IMG/VR virus record: IMGVR_UViG_3300042922_000836
Coordinates: 73,095 to 137,094 of that record
Length of the DNA stretch: 64,000 nt
Direction: 5' to 3' (one strand)
Source: a virus
The translations under genes were made by a program, and so were the position numbers. The notes under the pieces were generated by a model. That model was not told where the DNA came from. It saw nothing but the letters and a program-made list of their open reading frames with translations, and did no database searches. Positions 10,000-20,269 of this stretch are shown one piece after another; positions within the stretch are counted from its first letter, which is position 1; each line of letters opens with the position of its first letter.

Positions 10000-11724
10000 T
10001 TAAAAATTTTTATGCAATAATGCTCTTATCTCTGCCAAAGACTGTTCCCTCAATAATTTACCATCTTCAAATATCGGTTCAAGTAAATTATCCGTTGCTT
10101 TATCATATTCTTCCTGTGACAAGCCATCCCTATAAAGAATATCATCACCGTTACGGTATACACAAACTTTTCCTGTTGCAGATTTCTTAAAACCTGAATC
10201 GGTAATCGGATCTTTGTAAAGATTCTTTTCTTCACTACCGAATATTCCGTATGTTGATTTTAAAGCAAAGCCAAAAGTATCCCTTGTATTATACTGATAT
10301 GTATAAGAACCGATACCATATACCATATTGGTAGATGCAAAACCTTTTGCTTTTAATCTATCACAAATTTCTTTACATCTGTCTAATGTAATTGCATCAC
10401 CGTAGATACAGCCGATATGTGTATCAAGCTGTTTATATCCCTGTGCAGTAATTGTTCCACCGAAAATTTCCCAAAGGATTTCAATAACACCTTTTTGTTC
10501 AGATTTCAATTTAATTTCATTACATCTTGCAAGATTATATGTATAAATATAATAATACTGTTTATCATATCTGTTCCAATCAACATCAAATACAATTTCA
10601 TAATTAATATTATTGAATTTAAATACCCCGCTAACTTCACTTTTACCACATTCACCATGTGGAGTATTGGTTCTTAATTCATCAATTAGAGTTTCTTCCA
10701 TCCATTTTTTACAATCATCAAGAGTTTTTATGTAATTCTCTTTGTCTAAATCATATATCTGGACAGTACCGCAAACAATATCCACAGGATTACCTGAGTC
10801 TGGTCTTATAACTATTCTACCGTCACGATTTATAATTTCAGGCTTTAATTTACCTATAACATCATACAATACACTCCATAAATCCCAAGTATCTGAAACT
10901 ATAGAGGCAAAACCTTTCGGATATACTTCCGTAATTATATGGCGATAAGATTCCAATTCATTTCTGCCATATGCACACATAACCGAATGTTCTGTTGCGG
11001 GAATTGAACAGCCTACAAGTTCTTTTTCAATGTTTGCATTGTAATAATTCTCATGATATAAAATAGCGGGAATTGTATCTGTACCAACAAATGATGTTAA
11101 GTGACCAGCACCACTTGATACTGCACTTTCTACTCCACCCATGCCTCTAAAAGAAAAATCATGTCCTTGGAATTTAACACCGCTTAAATCACCATTGGTT
11201 TCATTTGCATAATCATTAAGCATTTTCCGATACTTATATGCAATAGTAGCAGAAGTAGTTGGTTGCCATAAACAACTCGACATTAAAGTTTCCAGATAAT
11301 TTGTCAGCCAGAAGAATTCAGGTTTCGTGTTTTCAATCGTTAACATGGGAGTTCTTATGTTTACTCTCGTACCTTCCTTAACAGCACTTATTTTAATAGG
11401 AAGATAACCTAACTTATGTAATGCCTCAAGGTGACTTGCATCAGGATCAGGATCGTTTAAGGTATATTTAATTGCTCTTTTGTATTCATTGATTACATCT
11501 TCCAAAGGTCTTTTGAAGAAATTTTCATCAAAATAGTTAATTAAATAGTTTTTAATAAATCCCTGAAATCCAAAAGCTACTATCTTGTCCACACCTTTTA
11601 TTCTGGTCATTCTTGGTGTCCATGTGCTATAAATTTTCTCCGTATTTGCTGGATACTGCTTTCTATGTGATATCTTATAAAAATCACACAGCAAAGTTGC
11701 GGGTAATTTCAAATTTTCTTTCAT
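10000..11724 (-). CDS. Nicotinamide phosphoribosyltransferase-like protein (NadV/Namat)
   Basis: DFYKISH, HDFSFRG, PATEHSVM, VSDTWD, RPDSG, YGDAIT motifs. Confidence 0.92.
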   Translation of the reverse strand: MKENLKLPATLLCDFYKISHRKQYPANTEKIYSTWTPRMTRIKGVDKIVAFGFQGFIKNYLINYFDENFFKRPLEDVINEYKRAIKYTLNDPDPDASHLEALHKLGYLPIKISAVKEGTRVNIRTPMLTIENTKPEFFWLTNYLETLMSSCLWQPTTSATIAYKYRKMLNDYANETNGDLSGVKFQGHDFSFRGMGGVESAVSSGAGHLTSFVGTDTIPAILYHENYYNANIEKELVGCSIPATEHSVMCAYGRNELESYRHIITEVYPKGFASIVSDTWDLWSVLYDVIGKLKPEIINRDGRIVIRPDSGNPVDIVCGTVQIYDLDKENYIKTLDDCKKWMEETLIDELRTNTPHGECGKSEVSGVFKFNNINYEIVFDVDWNRYDKQYYYIYTYNLARCNEIKLKSEQKGVIEILWEIFGGTITAQGYKQLDTHIGCIYGDAITLDRCKEICDRLKAKGFASTNMVYGIGSYTYQYNTRDTFGFALKSTYGIFGSEEKNLYKDPITDSGFKKSATGKVCVYRNGDDILYRDGLSQEEYDKATDNLLEPIFEDGKLLREQSLAEIRALLHKNF

Positions 11725-12326
11725 TATTTTTGCTCTCCTTTTAAGTTTTTTATTAAATTTAATGTATACGATAAACAGTCATAAGCCGACTGCAAACCAG
11801 CTCTGTCATCCAAAAAAATGTTATAATATATTTTTCTGCCTCCATACGATATGTAATCCATATTTTCGTTTATCTTATCGTAAGGCAAACCAATTTCATT
11901 AAGATAATTTATAATAAAAGGTTCATCTATTTTTTCACGACAAGTAAATACAATAAAATTTGCTCCATATTTTTTACATTCTTTTAAAAGATTTATTACT
12001 TCATCAAATTTATGCCCTTTTCCATGAAAATCATAAATCGTTTCATCGAAGTCATATGCAATTATAATTCTACCGTATTTTGCCCATTCTTGATAAAGTC
12101 GATTTATAACATTTCTATTTTTTAAGTAAAAGTCCAAATGAGAATCTTTTTCAATATATTTAATAATTTTGTCTGCCATAGAACTCATTCCGACCATTCT
12201 ACCTTCTAAATATCCATCTTTCCAATTTTCACCATCTACAAGTTTTAACATCTCTTTTTTATGATCTTCATAAGCTGTTTCTTCTAATTCTCTAATATAA
12301 TATTTAAGGTTCTCTGTTTCAATCAT
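11724..12326 (-). CDS. HAD-superfamily phosphatase-like protein
   Basis: YDFDETI (DxD), FTCR, FLDDRAG. Confidence 0.7.
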   Translation of the reverse strand: MIETENLKYYIRELEETAYEDHKKEMLKLVDGENWKDGYLEGRMVGMSSMADKIIKYIEKDSHLDFYLKNRNVINRLYQEWAKYGRIIIAYDFDETIYDFHGKGHKFDEVINLLKECKKYGANFIVFTCREKIDEPFIINYLNEIGLPYDKINENMDYISYGGRKIYYNIFLDDRAGLQSAYDCLSYTLNLIKNLKGEQK

Positions 12327-12333
12327 TTTATTA

Positions 12334-12630
12334 TTACCTTCCTCTAAAAGAGTGCATCATATTCATTGTACTTATAGCACCAGCGGTACTAATATTATTT
12401 AATGTATTAATTGTATGAAGTGTATGCAAATGATTCGTTCTGTTGTTACAATTTGAAATATATTCATTTCGTATTTGTTGTCTTTGACACCTTTTATATT
12501 TTTTAAAATTCTTCTTTTTACAATTTCCGCATTTTATACTTTCATATATTAATTCATATATTAATAAGAAAACAAAGAAGATAAAAAGTATAACCAAAAA
12601 AACAAGTAAACCTGTCAAGAAAATATCCAT
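12334..12630 (-). CDS. Membrane-anchored hypothetical protein
   Basis: N-terminal TM helix followed by CxxC. Confidence 0.5.
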   Translation of the reverse strand: MDIFLTGLLVFLVILFIFFVFLLIYELIYESIKCGNCKKKNFKKYKRCQRQQIRNEYISNCNNRTNHLHTLHTINTLNNISTAGAISTMNMMHSFRGR

Positions 12631-12635
12631 TTAAT

Positions 12636-13427
12636 TTAATCTCCAATTATTATTATTTTTTCATGTGAATCATTAAACATGTTGTTTGCTGTATAAACTT
12701 TTTTTATCAAATTGCTTTTTAATATTTCGCCATTAAATATTGTATTTTCACAATGAGATACATAAAGAAAAATATCTTTTGCTCCTTGGTCTTTAAGTAA
12801 TTGGGCAGATGCCATAAATGTACCACCTTTTGCACAAAGGTCATCAATTATCAATATATTTTTATCCTTTATGTCAGGACAATTTTCAAGTTCAAAACCG
12901 ATTATTTTACCTGTATTTAAATCTCTCTTTTTGTTTGCATTAAAATAAGGTACAGAAAGTTGAAACATTTCCGAATATCTTGACATTGCACCCTTATCAG
13001 GATAAAGAACATAATCAATTTTTTCAGCTTTAAAAACATTACTAACGTAATATATAGGAGTTAATTCATATACATTATTAATTAATTCTTTAGTAACTTT
13101 TGAATGAACATCAAAAACTAATACTGAATCAAAATCCATTGAATTTATAATATTTGCAAAATATTTTAAGCTGAACATATAACCGTCTATCTTTCGATCC
13201 ATACGTGAATACGGAACATACTTCATCATTAAATATTTAAATTTATTTGGATATACATCATCAAGATATTGCTTGACCATCTGTAACACCATTAAATCGA
13301 TATCGGTTTCATACTTTAATTCAACCATTATTTCTGAAAATGATTCAGGTATAATCTCTTTATATATCCTTTCATTATTCGGGTAGCACTCATTTCCTAT
13401 TATTTTACCATTTATGTATACTGCCAT
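12636..13427 (-). CDS. Ribose-phosphate pyrophosphokinase-like protein (Prs/Adps)
   Basis: YVPYSRMDR, DVHS, YPDKGA, LIIDDLCAKGGTF, YVSH. Confidence 0.9.
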   Translation of the reverse strand: MAVYINGKIIGNECYPNNERIYKEIIPESFSEIMVELKYETDIDLMVLQMVKQYLDDVYPNKFKYLMMKYVPYSRMDRKIDGYMFSLKYFANIINSMDFDSVLVFDVHSKVTKELINNVYELTPIYYVSNVFKAEKIDYVLYPDKGAMSRYSEMFQLSVPYFNANKKRDLNTGKIIGFELENCPDIKDKNILIIDDLCAKGGTFMASAQLLKDQGAKDIFLYVSHCENTIFNGEILKSNLIKKVYTANNMFNDSHEKIIIIGD

Positions 13428-13460
13428 TCTTTTAACTTCCCTCTTTCTTTTTAATTATCT

Positions 13461-16111
13461 TTAATTTTGGTATTTTTCTAATGCTTTATATTTTTCTTTT
13501 ATTTTAATAACATCGATTATATTTAAAAGATTACATCTTTCATCAATTGTAAATTCTAAAGCTAAAAATCCATTAGACAAACCTATCATCCAAGTTTCTA
13601 CCTTTTCAAATTCCGCATTTAAATATTCTGTGGGCATTGAATTTTTATCTTCATAACTACAACTATAAAATATATCTGGATTGTTTTTATTCCTAAGTCT
13701 AATCCAATCATCTGAAAGCATTTTAGTTCCTTCAGGGAAAAGAGGATGAGAAACTAAATCTTTGTTATCTTCAATCTCTTTTAATTTTTCTGTTATTGTC
13801 AATATAACTCACTCCTTATTAATGTAATGTCGAAACCATATAGTTTCAAAATATTTATTAATTACAGTTTTTATCATAAACTATTCCTTACCTTGATGTA
13901 TTATTATTTTCGGCATTGTTTGAGGAATAATAAGAAATCAAATCCATTGCCATATTAGCTAACGTATCGGCTTGAACATTTCCCTCACAGTCAGCATGTC
14001 CAATACATTTTACAAATTCAATATTTTTAAATTGATCTTTTAAATCGATAAGTTCTTGCCAAAGTTCTTTGTTTAATACAGGTTCTTTATTACTGGTTTT
14101 CCACCCATTTTTAATCCAACCCAATGTCCATTTGTTCATACCATTAATAACATACTGACTATCCATAACAACTTTTACTGGTATATCTTTTCTCTTGATA
14201 CTTTCTAAACCTTTGATACAAGCAGTGAGTTCCATTACATTATTTGTGGTATTTAAAGCATTTCCGTTTATCTCTTTTGTTAAATTATTATATTTGAGAA
14301 GAACACCCCAGCCACCGATATTTGTTTTACTCTGATTTCCTCTGCATCCGCCATCAGCATATATGTAAATTGGTTCTACATTCATAATTTCACCCCTGAC
14401 TAATTGAATATATTAAGTCTTGAACATATTCAAAAATTATTATTTCAGGTAAAGTATAACATGTCACAATAGTATATACTTGTATTCCTATTAAAACAAA
14501 GCTAAAGATAGAAAACGCACTTGATATAATAACAAACAATATATCACTCTCACTAAAATCATTATATTTTTTGCTAAAAAGTCTTTTTATGCTAATAAAT
14601 AAAAACACAAGACTTAATAAAAGTAAGAGAATACTGATTATAATCCAAACCCAGCTTGTAGCAATTTTAAAGTTTATTATTTTAGTTCCAAGTTCTTCTA
14701 TGTAGGGCATTACGTTTTGAGAAGACCAATCAAATGCTATACCGAATTTTTCCGATAACTTATCTATGACCTGAATGATACCATTAGTTATTTCCACTTT
14801 TATTCCTCTCTTTCATTATCTTTTATTATTTTAAAAGAACCTTGCATTAATTTAAGAAGTTCTTTATCTATATAATTTACACTATCACTATTAATTTTGG
14901 CATTAATACTTTTTGTTATTGCTTCAATCGATTTATCTATCTTTTCTTTTACTTCAGGAAGATTAGCAACTTCTTTAATTTCAGAAACAGCTTTATTAAT
15001 AATTTCACCCCTGATTGAATCTTTTAAAATTTCTTTAGCGATAAGCTTATAAAAGACTTCATCATCTTCAACATCAATTATTATTTTCATTCAAACATCT
15101 CCTTTTACTTTTCAATAATAGTATATATTTTGCCATCTTGATTAATAATTTCATATTTTCTGTTAAATTCATTAAAATTAATATTATCATCGATAGTTAC
15201 TTTATATATGAATTTATCTGTCTTTATATTTTGTTTTTGAGAACCGATTGCTATTAACATAACAAAAATTAATGATATAGTAAAAATGATAATTGAACAA
15301 AGTTCTTCATCATGAAATAAACAAATTCCTATAATAAATGTAATTATACATAACATAACTAATAAAAAAATTTCTAATTCAGGGAAAAGTGTACTATTTA
15401 TTATCTGAACTTGCTGACTTAAAATTTCAATACCTTCCAAAATATAAAACCTACCTTTCTAATAAATAAATACTTGTTGCAACAAGAAGACAATCACCTG
15501 TATATGTTGCATATTGTGAATCTACTTTATAGCATTGTGGTTTATATTCATAACCACCACTCATATTAGAGCCTTCTTCATCATAAACAGGCAGACATAC
15601 CCATTTTTCATCTTTTGAAAAAGTTAATCCATCAATTGAAACCCCATTAAGTGACCAGCCATTTCTACCTATTAAAATATCTTTATTTTTATGATCAATT
15701 TTTTGTTCATCTAATCTATGTAGAACATCTTTATAAATCCATTCCATTTGATTTACTTCCCTCTTTTGGATTAACTACGATTAAATCTCCTGTAAAGAAC
15801 AGCCATTTAGGATCGGTGGTATCTTCTTTTAGACAGACAATACTTGGTTTTTCCCTATGTTTTTCATCATATACAAGAGTAAATATTTCATCTTTATGAG
15901 CTTCAGTCCAAGCTTTATATTTCTCCGATAATTTATCATAGTCAGGATGATTTCTAATTACATCTAAATTCAACTTGACTTTAGAAAACTCATCTAAATA
16001 AGGTGATATTTGTAAAAGTTCCTTATAAGCTATCATTTTTCTAATTTCTTCATTAGATAAACCTTTCTTCTTTAATTGAGTTGTATAATTTCTTTTTTGT
16101 TCTCTGTTCAT
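13461..16111 (-). other. Run of small co-oriented hypothetical genes (13461-13802, 14390-14797, 14800-15090, 15105-15440, 15451-15747, 15731-16111)
   Basis: Tightly packed ORFs, most with an RBS; two have TM segments. Confidence 0.6.
13888..14385 (-). CDS. rnhA: Ribonuclease HI
   Basis: YADGGC, TTNNVMELTA, DSQYV, NKELW, GH...GNVQADTLA. Confidence 0.93.
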   Translation of the reverse strand: MNVEPIYIYADGGCRGNQSKTNIGGWGVLLKYNNLTKEINGNALNTTNNVMELTACIKGLESIKRKDIPVKVVMDSQYVINGMNKWTLGWIKNGWKTSNKEPVLNKELWQELIDLKDQFKNIEFVKCIGHADCEGNVQADTLANMAMDLISYYSSNNAENNNTSR

Positions 16112-16221
16112 ATTTTATCAACCTTTCTTTACACATTGTTTTATTACTTATGACCTCATAAACTCTTTAATAATAATAAATAATCATAAAATTACTTATT
16201 ATATATTGGTTATACATTATA

Positions 16222-16236
16222 ATTACTTGTTACGTT
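16222..16236 (-). promoter_or_regulatory. Operator-like motif AACG-N4-AAGTAAT
   Basis: Intergenic attactt-gtta-cgtt. Confidence 0.6.
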
Positions 16237-16280
16237 TATAATCTAAAAATAAAGGGGAAATCCCCAATATTTTTAATGTA

Positions 16281-17180
16281 TTATAATTTAAATGTTTTCT
16301 TCCACTGTTGATAATCGTTCATAAAAGCTTTAACTTGACTTGCATTTGGTTCACTATCATGGAAACCTTCTTCGATTAGAATGTCTTTATATTCAATACG
16401 ATCTGCCCTACGTTCTTTTTCGTAAATTCGATAATACATACCTGAACGATATACACTCGTAATTGTTAGTTCTTTTGCCCAATCCGTTAGATATATCATT
16501 CTACTTACTTTACGGAAATTAGTTGATACAGTCATACGAATTAGATAAGGTGTATTCTCTAAGTCTTTTGTATAACTACTACGAATATCACTTTCAATTT
16601 CAATAGTTTTCATTTGAAGTGCTTTTTTAAATGTATGAACTGATTGTGGATAAATTTTATATGTTTTAAAATCAAAATTAACAACACCATGTATTAAATC
16701 AATATCATCTTTTTTAACATTTACCACATCTTGTATTCCACTAAATGCTAACCACAAAGCTGTACATGCCATTATATCAATTGTATCTACATTGGGATTA
16801 TAACCATACTTATCGAGATGCTCTTGAAAATGTTCTGGTGAACTAATGAGTTCATTCTTATGAGTTTCCATAAATTTAATTTTTGTGCTATCAACATCTT
16901 CAAGAAAGTTAGAGATATTACGGTCAACAAGTTGATTTAAAATACACCAATCAAGATATTTCCGAAGTAGGATAATCATTGAATTTACAGAGTTGGTTGT
17001 TTTCCCACCACATTGTGCAATAACTGAAACAGCTTTTTCTCTGGTAAATTGTGAAAAATCTTTACCACTGTTTTTCTCAAACATTTCGATTGAGTTGAAA
17101 ATTCTTATGAGTCTGTCTTTTGTCATTTGTACTTCGGTGAAATCTTCAAGAAATTTTTCTTTTTGTTTTGAGTTATACAT
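16281..17180 (-). CDS. MrpR (YopR)-like phage repressor, degenerate tyrosine-recombinase fold
   Basis: MYNSKQKEKFLE...FEK..GKDFSQF...LRKYLDWC N-terminus and LAFSGI...VYRSG resemble SPbeta YopR; catalytic R/H residues not evident. Confidence 0.7.
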   Translation of the reverse strand: MYNSKQKEKFLEDFTEVQMTKDRLIRIFNSIEMFEKNSGKDFSQFTREKAVSVIAQCGGKTTNSVNSMIILLRKYLDWCILNQLVDRNISNFLEDVDSTKIKFMETHKNELISSPEHFQEHLDKYGYNPNVDTIDIMACTALWLAFSGIQDVVNVKKDDIDLIHGVVNFDFKTYKIYPQSVHTFKKALQMKTIEIESDIRSSYTKDLENTPYLIRMTVSTNFRKVSRMIYLTDWAKELTITSVYRSGMYYRIYEKERRADRIEYKDILIEEGFHDSEPNASQVKAFMNDYQQWKKTFKL

Positions 17181-17220
17181 TTAATCCCCTCCGTCTATTA
17201 ATATTATTTTCAACATTGAT

Positions 17221-17249
17221 ATTATAGCATGTACGAAACATTTTGTCAA
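17221..17249 (-). promoter_or_regulatory. SigA promoter of the mrpR-like gene
   Basis: TTGACA-17 bp-TATAAT with extended -10 TG. Confidence 0.85.
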
Positions 17250-17288
17250 CTGTTTACAATATTGATTAACAAATAATTTACATATCTG

Positions 17289-17792
17289 CTATATATGTAT
17301 TTTTTGTTCATAGAGATGTGTGAATTTTTTCAATTCGCTTTGTGTTGGTAAAATTTTATAACATTTACTTTCATAATCATTTTCATGCGGAGAATTATAG
17401 AATTCATCAGATTTTTCAAATATTTCTAAATAAAATGTTTTATCATATTCACTGATTTCATTGCATGTTGCTTTTATAATACTTTCCCTTTCTGATTGCA
17501 TCCAAATAGCTGGTTTTATTTGAACTTCAATAAATATGATTAAATTTTCATTTACTCTACGAATTAGAAATGATAATTTAACATCATCTTTATTATAAAA
17601 CACCCACTCTTTTTCTTCAGCAATATCAATACATAAAGATTCAAGTAAAACAGTTGTTTCATAGCAATTATTATTAATAATTAAAAGTCCGTTTTCACCT
17701 AATATTATGTCTGTTTCCTTAATCATATCCCAATCGACAGGTATACTCATTAATATATTATCGTGTCTAATTTTCATTCTTAGATACCTCAT
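17289..17792 (-). CDS. Hypothetical protein
   Basis: 167-aa ORF between mazF-like and mrpR-like genes. Confidence 0.55.
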   Translation of the reverse strand: MRYLRMKIRHDNILMSIPVDWDMIKETDIILGENGLLIINNNCYETTVLLESLCIDIAEEKEWVFYNKDDVKLSFLIRRVNENLIIFIEVQIKPAIWMQSERESIIKATCNEISEYDKTFYLEIFEKSDEFYNSPHENDYESKCYKILPTQSELKKFTHLYEQKIHI

Positions 17793-17829
17793 TTATAAAT
17801 TATGTAGTAAACTATGCTTGAATTTAAAT

Positions 17830-17844
17830 ATTACTTTAATCGTA
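17830..17844 (-). promoter_or_regulatory. Operator-like motif (one mismatch)
   Basis: Intergenic attactt-taat-cgta. Confidence 0.55.
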
Positions 17845-17870
17845 TTTTCCAAGCATAATTTGTGGATTCG

Positions 17871-18314
17871 CTAACAAAATGCTACAATGTCTTTAAATTG
17901 TGATGTATTCTGAACACCTTTGTTATAAGCCATTATTGTTATAGGATTCTGAAATGCCATTGCATATGCTATTTTCAATAACTGGTCTTCTGTTAAATGC
18001 CCTACACATTCTTCAATTTCATTCTGAGTTAAAGTATCTCTGTTTTCTATCATAACTGTTGAGTCTGCTGTAGTACCAGCAATTTCACCCGCTATGTAGT
18101 TTACATGTGATGGAGAAGGTTTGCCCCATCTTTTTGAGGTTATCGGGAAAGCTTCAACTACATCAGAAAAATAATTAAACTTGTTGTTAGAAATTATAAC
18201 GTACAAATGTCTTCCCACATATTTTCTGTTTCCGTTAGAACCTTCTCTCTCTACCGTTGCCCAAACTACATCACCAATTTTGTATGATGTTTTTTTTCTT
18301 ATGTTGTTATTCAA
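17871..18314 (-). CDS. PemK/MazF-family endoribonuclease-like protein
   Basis: GDVVWA...GRHLYVIISNNKFN...PITS motifs; likely TTG start after AAGGAGGGG. Confidence 0.8.
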   Translation of the reverse strand: MNNNIRKKTSYKIGDVVWATVEREGSNGNRKYVGRHLYVIISNNKFNYFSDVVEAFPITSKRWGKPSPSHVNYIAGEIAGTTADSTVMIENRDTLTQNEIEECVGHLTEDQLLKIAYAMAFQNPITIMAYNKGVQNTSQFKDIVAFC

Positions 18315-18341
18315 GGGGTATACCCCTCCTTTCAATTATCT

Positions 18342-18356
18342 AACGTTTAAAGTAAT
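18342..18356 (+). promoter_or_regulatory. Operator-like motif at the predicted mazF transcription start
   Basis: aacg-ttta-aagtaat. Confidence 0.6.
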
Positions 18357-18359
18357 AAT

Positions 18360-18388
18360 ATTATACTACCTTTATCTCTTTTTGTCAA
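18360..18388 (-). promoter_or_regulatory. SigA promoter of the mazF-like gene
   Basis: TTGACA-17 bp-TATAAT. Confidence 0.8.
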
Positions 18389-18839
18389 TAGGTTTTTTTA
18401 CTTTATTTTGTGAATTTTCTGTTACAGAAAACCAATTCAATCGAATTTCTTTATTATATTCCAACAAATTTATTATTTCAATAGGTGACATTTGTGCTTT
18501 AATCGGCATAATATCATTGTTTCTACGTTTATAATAATAATTGTTTTCATTTCTTTTATTATTAAAAGCATTACATTCTATGGAAAATGAAAGATCACAA
18601 TTATAATTATTGCTCCTTTCTATTTTAATATCAACTACATTATCACTGTCTGTGTCAGAAACATTCATACCATTTTTCTTTGCCAATTCAAGAACAGTAT
18701 GTAAATCATTCTTATCTATTTTACTTGTAATGATAGGAATGAGCCATGAGTTTTTATAATTAAATTTATCGGTTAATTTTAATAAATCCATTGTAATAGG
18801 AAATTGAGTTAAAATTTTATCGTTTTCATATATGTTCAT
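18372..18839 (-). CDS. Hypothetical protein upstream of mazF-like gene
   Basis: 155 aa, RBS GAAGGA, own promoter. Confidence 0.55.
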   Translation of the reverse strand: MNIYENDKILTQFPITMDLLKLTDKFNYKNSWLIPIITSKIDKNDLHTVLELAKKNGMNVSDTDSDNVVDIKIERSNNYNCDLSFSIECNAFNNKRNENNYYYKRRNNDIMPIKAQMSPIEIINLLEYNKEIRLNWFSVTENSQNKVKKPIDKKR

Positions 18840-18909
18840 ATCTTATATAAGCAGATGTTCTGCTTTTCCTTCTTTCTCTCTCTATAATTTAATAATCAGT
18901 AACACATTT

Positions 18910-18947
18910 TGTGATATTATTATAAGACAAATATCACAGTTTGTCAA
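18910..18947 (-). promoter_or_regulatory. SigA promoter overlapped by an inverted repeat
   Basis: TTGACA (18942-47)-17 bp-TATAAT (18919-24); TGTGATATT-N11-AATATCACA brackets the -10. Confidence 0.75.
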
Positions 18948-19034
18948 GTGTCAAATTTTGATTGTCGATTTTATTTAACCATAAATATTTTAATGCTTTA
19001 TTATACTAAAATATTTTGATGTTTTAGTGATGAA

Positions 19035-19385
19035 TTAATTAATTAAATCCCAATATTTCTCTACAATCGGTTTTGCATCAGTATACTGAGGATATCCATA
19101 TAAATCTTCACTTATTGCTGAGTTTAAACAATTTTGAATAATAGCTGTTACATATTTTTTTGTATATTTTATTCTTTTAAACTGCACAATAAAAGCTTTT
19201 ATATTTTCTTCTCCGACAGTTGTATTATGCTCTTTTAAATACATATCGCTTTTAATAGGATTTTTTGGGTTCTCATCCAATTCTCTTACTTTTTGTATTA
19301 ATTTCTTTTTTTTATATTTGTTATGAAAGAAACAACCAATAGCTACAAAGATCCAAAAATAAGCGATAAATATTGTTAATGCCAT
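19035..19385 (-). CDS. Membrane-anchored hypothetical protein
   Basis: N-terminal TM helix; RBS AAGGGGA. Confidence 0.55.
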   Translation of the reverse strand: MALTIFIAYFWIFVAIGCFFHNKYKKKKLIQKVRELDENPKNPIKSDMYLKEHNTTVGEENIKAFIVQFKRIKYTKKYVTAIIQNCLNSAISEDLYGYPQYTDAKPIVEKYWDLIN

Positions 19386-19732
19386 AAACTTTCCCCCTTA
19401 TTATTGAATTTTAATTATCAGAAGATATGTTTCAAATCATGTGGTATCATTTTTAAATATTAAACATTCAATTCTCATCTTTATTTCCTCTCTTTAAGTT
19501 TCTTTAATTCTTTATTATAAGAAGCTTGTAAATTATTCATAAATTTTACATCTATTTCATTGTAGTTTCCAGTATCACCCTCTATTTCATCTGCAAAGGA
19601 TACATCACTTGCAATAAAACTATCCAAACATTTGTCTTCAATAACATCTTTATTAAAAATATCTTTCGCTGTTTTGTTTTTTTCAGTGTTATTCATAATG
19701 CTAATTCCTTTTCAAGAAGAATTTATTTTATA

Positions 19733-20254
19733 TTATCTTTCTTGTTCTAATAACCGTCTAACTTTATTAATTTCTTCGTCTGAATGGACTGTACCACCCG
19801 CATTGAATTCGATATACCATTGAAGAACTTCTTTCCTTGTTTGAAGATCATTTATATTAATTTTCATAACATTCAAAAAATCAGGCTTGTCTTCATATTC
19901 ATTGAAATAATAACCAAGCACTTTAATTTCATTATTAATAAATCTTTTCATAGCAGTAATTCTTTGAAGTCCATCAACACAGACAAATTCTTTATATGGA
20001 TTATTTTTATGCCTATATGTCCAATTGGGATGATTTAAATAAACTATTCTTGATGTATTACCACCTTTCAAAATGAATTCAACAAATTTTATTTGTTGAT
20101 TTTCAATCCAAATATTACCTCTTTGAAAATCTGGATTTAAAATTAATCCATCATCTTTTTCCATCCTTTCTATCGATTTTACAAAATCAACTATATCATA
20201 ATCACCTTGCCATGATCCATATTTCGTAAACTGTGGAATATCAAAAAATTTCAT
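19733..20254 (-). CDS. DUF262 (ParB/GmrS-like) domain protein
   Basis: PDFQRG..W and VDGLQRITA motifs. Confidence 0.8.
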   Translation of the reverse strand: MKFFDIPQFTKYGSWQGDYDIVDFVKSIERMEKDDGLILNPDFQRGNIWIENQQIKFVEFILKGGNTSRIVYLNHPNWTYRHKNNPYKEFVCVDGLQRITAMKRFINNEIKVLGYYFNEYEDKPDFLNVMKININDLQTRKEVLQWYIEFNAGGTVHSDEEINKVRRLLEQER

Positions 20255-20269
20255 ATGTATTTCCTTTCT

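Noticed and set aside
13863-13891. Possible 27th promoter motif at the rnhA stop (GTAAGGAA)
   Set aside because: No GTTATA box at the 15-bp spacing; only the half site is present.
18849-18862. LexA (GAAC-N4-GTTC) box upstream of the control locus
   Set aside because: Two mismatches in one arm; not distinguishable from chance.
16281-19696. Arbitrium aimR/aimP system
   Set aside because: No HTH-TPR protein of about 380 aa or adjacent short secreted propeptide gene in the window.
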